Source: Priapulus caudatus
Taxonomy: Eukaryota
Assembly: GCF_000485595.1 (NCBI RefSeq)
Contig: NW_014577079.1
Location: 471,478 to 535,477 of the forward strand
DNA: 64,000 nucleotides
Direction of reading: 5' to 3'
A model generated the notes under the pieces. The model did no database searches, had not been told where the DNA came from, and saw only the letters and a program-made list of their open reading frames with translations. Positions 54,567 to 64,000 of this stretch are shown here, in pieces. The number at the start of each line of letters is the position of its first letter. The stretch's first letter is position 1. A program made the translations under genes and the position numbers.

Positions 54567-56877
54567 GTACGATGAACCCTACATACCTGCATCAGACTCG
54601 ACAAGTATTAATAACACCACACGCTTTGTTCCCGCTATGCAATCGACTTGTTCATTATTACACTAATTATGCTAGTTATGCTTTTATAAAGCTGATAATC
54701 GCACGCTTTGTCACAATGGTACCACACTGGTAAATTACAGTGAGGACGCCATGCTAACGTAAGCACTTTGCAATGCGCTGCAGCACATGCGTGCACATAT
54801 TGCACGGCGGGGAACAATACGCTCTGTGAATAAAACACCGACGTCTAAGAACAATATCGTAACTCTAACGTTTAAATAAGTAACGCAAACCCCTCGAGAC
54901 AAAATCATTTTAAAGCAAACTTAAATTTCAACCAAGCGCGCAGGCAGGCGTGCGTACATACGCACTTACGTACGCACGCACACCGTATTATCGAAATCCA
55001 TTTTCCCCGTGACTAACATTTCGAAAACAAGATCTGGCCATTTTCATCACAATTTGCTTTAATAAAGCAATGCGGCATTGTGCGGAACCTTTGTGCCAGT
55101 GCGACGACATGTCGCCAGCTAATTGTGCACAAATCTATGGAATGGCGTCAGACCTACCCAGACGAAACTCCAGACTATTGAATCGGCCTTTATAAATACA
55201 GTAGCCGAGATATACGGCTAGGTGCTCTCCGCTGGCGGCATGCATTAATACATTGTCAATTTCGGCTCCATATATCTGTGGCTTACTGGGCAGCGCATTT
55301 TAAAAGCTTATAGATTTCTTTAATGATATCGTTCAAGGCTATTGTTGGTGCAGCAGTTGCTGACAATTGGCCTTTGCATTTATAATTCCCAAGCAAAACC
55401 ATTTGCTGATTTACCGCGCGTTGCAAAAGCCGCTGAGGTTTTGATGGTATAGCTAAATTCGTACATACTCTTTGCCTGGAAATTGGCAGTACAACGAAGA
55501 GCTGCTATTCAGTGACGACGTAGCACAGCACCCTAGAAACATTCATAGATNNNNNNNNNNTATATATTATGTAGATGCATATGTAAGTAGGACTGACAGG
55601 AACGCGCCTGTCGTGAGCACAATACAACAACATGATGATTATTTTAAAGTGGCTACCATGTAAGCTATTTACTAAGGATAACATACCTACTCTTAGCATG
55701 TCTTAGCATGACGTGAAGCTGCACAGCTGAGTGAGGAATTATTTTATTCTTGAGAAAATCGAAGCGAGTCGTCATCACTTGCCCCGAAAGATAATTTCAC
55801 AGCAACTAGTAAATCAGTGTTATTAGCACCTTATAGACGTTTAACGATCAAGAATAGCTAATTGATTGGTAATTAAAATTAACTTTTACTTCCACACCTA
55901 TACTGTATCGCAGCAATAAGGGATTTATACGATCAGTCAAGCATCGACGGTGTCTGACTGTATTCAAATTGCTGCCATCCGACGACCGACACTGCTCAGA
56001 TCACACGGCCCTATCACCACTCAAGCTATACTTCACAGCGCTACCGAATTAATGATTGCATGCCTCGCAACCTGTGGCTTACTTCAATGAAGGCGTACAA
56101 CGTAAGTGCGCGTGCAGCATAGCAGGTAGTTCGTCGTGCATCATGCAGTATAATATAACACACAGGGATTGTCAGGGTCGCCTACGTAGAAACGTATAGG
56201 CCGGTAGCGCACACCAGTCTCCAGCAGGGTTCATCTAAGACAGATCAACGCCATCCGAATACATACAGGCACCTATATAGCAAACACAGTAGTGGCGACA
56301 CAGTATAGCGCATTCTTTTTATCGTGACTTCTTTCCCAATATCACGTACGTTTTATACCTGGAGACGTCGGCAGGTGCGGCCATAGCTTATTGCACGCGA
56401 CGCCTATGCGCGTACGCATTGTTGCCACGCCAAATATCACGACACTTTTAAAAAACGCTTCTGATCCAGGCTAATTTACCTGAGTGCATGAATCACAAAT
56501 CCCCCCAAGCCTATAGCTTTTTTTCTCCGAAAAGCATGGTTGATTCGATCAGTACGTTTTACAAAAAAATACGTGAAACAGTGAAACGGTAAGACCAAAT
56601 ATAAATAGCCTCTTGTTTATAGTCACTCAACCCTGCGCCGAAATAATTATTGCATTGCAAAACATCATCATATTATATAGGAAATGTGTGTGAGACGAAC
56701 GGCATCATGCACCCCGTAATTTCTAGCAGTTTTGTATTAGGTTTGGTTCTCATGTTGATAACCAGTTCTGTAAAAATTTGAGAACGACTTACGCATGCAC
56801 ACTTAAATGACAAATATACTCACGGCACGCCAAACCCTGAATCAAACTCGCAAAATTATAGTTTTGTAAATGATATA

Positions 56878-57107
56878 CAGTCTATCGATATGATATACTG
56901 CTTTATCGAGCCTCGGATAAACGGGCGCATCGGTTAAACGACAAATGTCATAAAAAAAGTATATAAGACTTATCTATGTCTGACAAAAGATATGTCTTTA
57001 TGTATAAAAAGACAAGTTAAAGATAATAACGTTATACACGTTATTATGTGTTCACCGTTTCCCGTTTTTCATGGTTCCCGACCTGGCCTGATAAAGCAGA
57101 ACCACTG
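56878..57107. mobile_element. Possible degenerate TA-flanked MITE
   Basis: TA|CAGT...CTGCTTTATC on the left and GATAAAGCAG AACCACTG|TA on the right. The left TIR is interrupted. Confidence 0.35.
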
Positions 57108-57560
57108 TACATTATAAAACGTATAAGGACGCCTCTCACACGTCCACTAACCTCAAATATACCGTGCGAGCGAAATCGCACTATGCATCTATACATGCAA
57201 GTTTCCTGCCAGCTTTAACAAAGCACACTTGCATGTTCAGTGAGGCTTTTTAATAATTAAGAGAAATCTAATTAACAACAGCAAGCTGAGTGCGCGCGTC
57301 AGACCTATCAACAACTTATGTATATGGGCGGCATGCAATCCTAGACTACATATAGTCTCTGCTGTATGATGATGAATCACAGAAAACTTTAAAAATCGCC
57401 GTTTCCCCATGTAAAATTTTAAGGCTGAGTAAGCCAATTAGAATTTTTTTAAACCTATGATTTAATAGACTAGCAATTGCACAGTCATTCCAGTAACTGC
57501 TTGCGACTCAGTACCGTGCCGCAACAGCCGATTCAAGAACCTGCCATATTGTATATATAA

Positions 57561-57912
57561 AGCCCGGCGCACACGTCAAAATACTACTGGATTTTCGTTG
57601 AGTTTTCTGACGCATGCATAAAGAAACTCTATAATCTATATCAAACATGTTTGATAATTTTTGACCCATGCGTCAAAATACTCAACGTGTGCGCGCTAGC
57701 TGCGTAAATTTAATCAACACTGGTACTCACAGCGCATGCGTTCAAATCATGGCTGTGCCTAGTATTGGCTGCGCACAGTCACGTGATCTGCATTACCACT
57801 TATATGAGTAATTTTACTCACGTGTGCGCCGGACGCTGAAAATATTTCGCGTGAGTATTTTGACGCATGCATCATTTTACTTGAGTAATTTTACTCACGT
57901 GTGCGCCGGGCT
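57561..57912. mobile_element. PIF/Harbinger-type MITE
   Basis: 16-bp perfect TIR AGCCCGGCGCACACGT, flanked by TAA and TTA (TWA target). Internal inverted TGACGCATGC / GCGTCAAAATACTC motifs. Confidence 0.75.
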
Positions 57913-60900
57913 TTACAAACATTTCAACGCAAGTGCGACACTAACTTAACAGTTATACACGCGTTAAATAGTACTATATATATANNNNNNNNNNNNNNNN
58001 NNNNNNNNNNNNNNNNNNNNNNNNNNNNNNNNNNNNNNNNNNNNNNNNNNNNNNNNNNNNNNNNNNNNNNNNNNNNNNNNNNNNNNNNNNNNNNNNNNNN
58101 NNNNNNNNNNNNNNNNNNNNNNNNNNNNNNNNNNNNNNNNNNNNNNNNNNNNNNNNNNNNNNNNNNNNNNNNNNNNNNNNNNNNNNNNNNNNNNNNNNNN
58201 NNNNNNNNNNNNNNNNNNNNNNNNNNNNNNNNNNNNNNNNNNNNNNNNNNNNNNNNNNNNNNNNNNNNNNNNNNNNNNNNNNNNNNNNNNNNNNNNNNNN
58301 NNNNNNNNNNNNNNNNNNNNNNNNNNNNNNNNNNNNNNNNNNNNNNNNNNNNNNNNNNNNNNNNNNNNNNNNNNNNNNNNNNNNNNNNNNNNNNNNNNNN
58401 NNNNNNNNNNNNNNNNNNNNNNNNNNNNNNNNNNNNNNNNNNNNNNNNNNNNNNNNNNNNNNNNNNNNNNNNNNNNNNNNNNNNNNNNNNNNNNNNNNNN
58501 NNNNNNNNNNNNNNNNNNNNNNNNNNNNNNNNNNNNNNNNNNNNNNNNNNNNNNNNNNNNNNNNNNNNNNNNNNNNNNNNNNNNNNNNNNNNNNNNNNNN
58601 NNNNNNNNNNNNNNNNNNNNNNNNNNNNNNNNNNNNNNNNNNNNNNNNNNNNNNNNNNNNNNNNNNNNNNNNNNNNNNNNNNNNNNNNNNNNNNNNNNNN
58701 NNNNNNNNNNNNNNNNNNNNNNNNNNNNNNNNNNNNNNNNNNNNNNNNNNNNNNNNNNNNNNNNNNNNNNNNNNNNNNNNNNNNNNNNNNNNNNNNNNNN
58801 NNNNNNNNNNNNNNNNNNNNNNNNNNNNNNNNNNNNNNNNNNNNTATATATATATATAATGTATATATCCTGTGCACACGTAGATATTGACAATGCATGC
58901 CTCCCTAACGCTTGGAACATCAATGTGAAAAACTGAGCTTCCCATCTAGCGCAAGATGTATTATCTTATTGCACAGGCTAGGATAGATATAAGCCCTGGT
59001 ATAAGCTACTGATGGTCAATACTGTAGCAACGACCTAGACATTGAAGAGTGATGTTCCTGATGACCACGACTTAAAAATGGAAACACAATTCCATTCAAA
59101 ACACAATTCCAAAACACAATTCAATTCCAATTCCAATTCCAATTCCAAACACAATTCAATTTAAGACTGACTAACCCAGTGACTAACACATGGAAGACCA
59201 CTTCAGACCGAAATTTTTACAACAAGCGGAGTTTGATACATAATTTAAAATGCAATATAATTTATAATTTATAAATAGTTGCGCTGTACGCCCAACGTTC
59301 CTAAAAATTAAAAGGGGATTGATGTTGCTAATAAGCCGGCCCCGTATTGATTGTCTGTTTACATTCACCTAGACAACCAGGTATAAATGCTACAGTGTTT
59401 TAACGCTGATCATTAGGACGAAGGCTAAGGTCAGTGTGAACATGAACAAGCGAATGTATGACGGCTGCCAGTAGTACATAGAACGCGCACTTGATGAATA
59501 TCACTTCACTTGATGTAACCAAAAGCGGCCAAAACCAACCACGCTAAACGCTTCGTCCTCTGTTAAACTTGCACGTTAGATGCTGTTTCGCAATTTTCCA
59601 TGTAGACACAATGAAAGTACAAGGCCTACGAGGTAATTAAGGAGCCAAGGAACATAGAAGATAACTGCTTAAAAACGTGCTGCTGTGGCCTCTGGCATTC
59701 AGCACGATAAGCTTCTATGTTACGAGTCAGGGCATAGGTGAGAGAGGTGACTGAGTGCTTGTGTCAGTGTAATATAATCGTTCTATTGTATGTTTTAAAC
59801 TTCGACGTAAAACGCATTCTAATCGCCGCCGAATAATTTAGAAATCAGCTCTCGTACGAGACATTTGTGAAACGTCACTAGAATTTCAGAACGTCACATT
59901 ACTCTGTTAGTGGGTTTATTTACAGAACCTAGATTCTTGAACATATATAGATCCTGAAACTGTTTCAAGTGAATGAGCGAGCAATGTTTGAGCCAAACTG
60001 GGCCTCGATTGCCGCTTCTAGAAAGACATAAATAAACATTTAACTAAATGTAATAATTGTGTAACAACAGCTATCAGGGTTTCTTATACATAAGAGGCAC
60101 AGTGGCACACCGCCGTTGTCAAATTTTAATAGTTAACTATATTTTGTCAAAATAGCTCTAATGCGCTCCAATAATAGTATGCGCTCTAATAATATATAAT
60201 ATATAATATATATATAAATTGCAAAAATGTTTGCTCACATATAGCATGCATAAATAACATACATTTGATCCACACCTAGTACTTACAATAAAAGCTGTAT
60301 AATATTCTAGTCAGAAATCATTCATATGACCACGTGGCACAGACACAAAATGCTGAACACCGGCAGAGCAATGCACCTGCCACTAAAACCAACAACAGGA
60401 CCATGTCCACAGCGTGTACCAACTCCTCTACCCGTTATAGTGTTTGTTATTGAAAGTGATGACCCTGTTTGGCCGCTATACAAAGATGAACTCTTTCTTA
60501 CGCGTAAGCTGTCAGCTGTTATGCCAGCAGCTATACACACAGTAACACACACATAACGTGTGGGAAGCGGTAAAAACAGGCTGACTGAAGACGCTTGTAA
60601 GGTAAGATTTGTGTTTTAACACATAGAACACCCACGTGATGAATACGTACCACCTCGCTTGATGTAATCCAACGCAGCAAGGGTGCCGAAATTTAGCCCG
60701 CGCTTTCCACGTTGGCACTTTAGCGAAACAATAGTTTCACGATGTAATGTTGTGAAAGGCGTCACATTTCCTTTTTTCACAATTAATTATTAGTCCCTCC
60801 AACCTAGACACCGCCCACACGCACACACAAGCAGTCACATGGATGGAGAGACAGAGAAAGAGAGCGAGAGAGGCAGAAAGAGAGAGGGGGAGATCGAGCA

Positions 60901-60944
60901 AGCTAGCAAGCGAGAGAGGGGAGAGGGAGAGCGATCGAGCGAGC

Positions 60945-60978
<34 letters not shown>

Positions 60979-60979
60979 T

Positions 60980-61015
<36 letters not shown>

Positions 61016-62454
61016 CGCTAGCTGAGTCAACTTTAACCATATTAAACTGGCCATATAAGACAAACCTTAATTGTCACAGAATTGTCTTGCCATTCAATTT
61101 TCTTCGAACAAAATAAATTCGTAATCACACTCAAACATAGATAAATATTGATGTGGGCACTATCTTACACAAATACATCCTAATCACGAAATTAAATTTT
61201 GCATTGAAAATTCACCACAAAAATGTCCATAATCACGCACAAATTGAAGATTAGTAAATTTCCAGATTATATGCCAACTTAATAGAAACCAAATGTTGAC
61301 TTGGTTTTACGTTTGTACTAGCTACTTAAACTATTAGCATTAAGCATTAGTACTAACTATATGCTTAGCCACATTTTAAAATTCAGTACTTCCTTCATTT
61401 TGAGGCTTTGTCCACCGAGACACTGACCACAATTAGTTTATTATTAAACTGTACCACTATTAAAAGTATACACTATTATAACTTTAATGCTTTACTCTTA
61501 CATATCGCAAAAAGTAGTGCTTGCGTTGTATGTTGAAACTAATTATAGCAGAGTAATTATAAGTAGTAGGAGAAATCCACCAAGAGAGAAATCATAGCGT
61601 CAGAGTAACAGAAATATTTGATCTGCAGCAGTGAGAACCTGAAATTATTTAATGAACTCTACGGGGTTACACATTTCGAATTTTTTAGAATTTTTGAATA
61701 TTTACAGAACGGCAGGGTAAAGAACGTATGGAAAGAATAAACCGCGAACCTTCGGGTTCCGTGCCACGCGGGCACGCGAAGCAATTAAGGGGTTATACTT
61801 TGCGGAGATTCATTAGAAAAAAAACCTATACAAAAACTCCGCGGACACCATGAAACAGATTACCTTGTACTAAGTGTTAATTTTTATCCAGTACCCGCCA
61901 CTAGCCGATTTTTAAATAACTTTACAATGCAATTTACATAAAGTCGAGGGAGAGCCGACAGCGGTCAATGCTGATTGAAAATGCGCTTTCAACTAGCAAC
62001 TCATGCTTTCAACTAGCAACTTTTTAACTAGCAACTCATCACGCAGACAGTGGGAGGCGTCCACATTAAACGTGGCAGGAATCGTCAAGACTGGCAGCAT
62101 TCTGCGACTGATCACATTAACAAGCGAACGAACTGTATGCAAGCTCAAACATCAATGCACTCCTTCATTCATACAACAAGATTACCAGGGAACAATGCAA
62201 TATACGTTCGTTGCTTAGTTGCTCGTTGCTCGTTGCAATATACGTTCGTTAGCTCGAACATCAAAAGCTGTAACCCCGATCCTGGTGGGCTTGCAAAATC
62301 CTATTTCGACGACACATTATTTGTCCAGCTGAGCATGCATAGGGGTTTTCCAGAAAATATCGAGTATTGCAACGCCAAATTATAGTGTCGCGATGTTTTG
62401 CACGTGCCAAAATAAATAGAATATATGTGTAATGTACGTACGTCTGTATATATG

Positions 62455-63290
62455 CAAGAGTAGATAATAACACAAGGGTGAGACACCCGATTCCCGCATT
62501 TTTAACCGATTTTTCTCATCAAAATTTGCCACCAATAAAGAAGCAAGTGTATACGTTCCTCAGCTTATTATGACCACTAATCACTCATCTTCGTGGTACT
62601 GATATTCGTTTACATATATTTGCTAGCGTATTGCTGTATATCGTAATCTTGCACGAGCTGAATTCGCACAATTTACCGCTATTCTGTCAGGTGTTAAGAC
62701 AACTTTCGAAGTTATCGTGGCGCCAATATTTTGCAACGGACGGTTTCCAAATCATTCGTGCCCCGATAGGGGTTTAATGTACTTGATTACCTGCGCGTGC
62801 GTAATGTGATACTTACTGCAAACTTCTACAGAGAATATTGTTATTATTGTATTATTACTTATGTAAGATAGTATGTCAATTTCTTGTGTTGCGATCACAA
62901 TAACTGAGTGCGTCTCTCGGTTCCTCACGAGATCAAAATTCGAAATTTAGATTGTCTCTCAACCCTATCGGGGCACGAATGATTTGGAAGCAGTCCGTTG
63001 CTAAATATTGGCGCCACTATAACTTCAAAATTTGTCTTAACACCTCACACAATAGCGCCATTTTAGCGGTAAATTGTGCGAATTTAGCTCGTGGAAGATT
63101 ACGATTTACAGCAATTCGCTAGCAAATATATGTAAACGAATATCAGTACCACGAAGGTGAGTGATTAGTGGTCATAATAAGCTGACGAACGTATACACTT
63201 GCTTCTTTATTGGTGGCAAATTTTGATGAGAAAAATCGGTTAAAAATGCGGTAATCGAGTGTCTCACTCTTGTGTTATTATCTACTCTTG
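62455..63290. mobile_element. Foldback element with ~320-bp inverted arms and perfect 7-bp TSD (P-element superfamily-like)
   Basis: Arms 62455-62771 and 62963-63290, termini CAAGAGTAGATAATAACACAAG / CTTGTGTTATTATCTACTCTTG. ATATATG flanks both sides (62448-62454 and 63291-63297). Confidence 0.9.
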
Positions 63291-64000
63291 ATATATGCTT
63301 GATGTTTGCGAGAAAAAAACAGCGCATTTTTGCGTTCAGTTTTTACGATGATATCAGAATGTAACGTTATCATGGGCGTATCATCACGATGACAGCATAC
63401 TCTAATGAGCACGAATATACACTCTGTTGTGCATGCAGATGCATTTCGTTGCAGTATGATATAATACCCAAAAAGTCTCAAGCATCTTAGATTGACATTT
63501 TGCAAGCCACCTCTTGGCATTTCAGGAGCACTGCCACGGACAACGACCACCCTTGAAAGGACACAAATGTTCGCTCGAGCAAGTGATGCGTTCTGCATGA
63601 CTGCGAAGAGAAACAGACTGATTCTATGTCCCTGCGGCCGCCACAGATTCGCAGAGACTTACAGAGCCTGTCTAGGGAACGAGCGCAGAATGCCTGCGCG
63701 CGCACAGAAGCATTCCGCGCCAGCTACATGCGAAGCCATAATTCGTGTCTTTACAGTTTCGAAGTTCCTTCTCGCCGAATCATATGCCTTCAGCTGCCGC
63801 ACAGTCTCAAGGCGAGGTGCAAGCAATCGTCAGCCATATCAACCAATTTTAAAATATGCGAGGCCGCCCACCGAGTGTTTATTGAACAAGTGTAGCCTTC
63901 AAACACTCGCTCTGAACACGCGGAGAGAAGTTAATTACAGGCCGCACTGCGTCATCCCCGATGTACGACTCTCTAATTACAAACATGCTTCCATCTCCGA

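Noticed and set aside
60322..60556. Possible coding exon (76-aa ORFs on both strands)
   Set aside because: No ELAV or other domain similarity that I recognise, and no clear splice support.

Overview
Repeat-rich animal (invertebrate, probably protostome) genomic DNA from a draft assembly with N gaps. The only protein-coding gene I can support is an ELAV/Hu-family RNA-binding protein on the minus strand. Four constitutive coding exons join in frame at GT-AG sites: 39661-39558 (second half of RRM1), 25772-25619, 21133-20902 and 18609-18279 (RRM3 and stop). I did not find the start or the first half of RRM1; they probably lie beyond 64000 or in a gap. The best finding is a 42-nt frame-preserving microexon (19769-19728), absent from the ORF track, at the hinge position where Drosophila fne and vertebrate HuB/C/D carry regulated neural exons. 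The 3' UTR has two candidate poly(A) sites (about 2.0 and 4.5 kb from the stop); the proximal one lies inside predicted GC-rich structure, and miR-9 and miR-92 8mer sites lie in the distal extension. The introns and flanks hold many non-autonomous DNA elements: a pogo-type MITE carrying a Helitron end and seen as both filled and empty sites, a TTAGGG-filled Mutator-like MITE, P/hAT-like foldbacks, a Harbinger MITE and a Helentron/HINE. Two multi-kb tandem duplications have a raw long-read error profile and are probably assembly artefacts. Most ORFs in the track are microsatellite translations.
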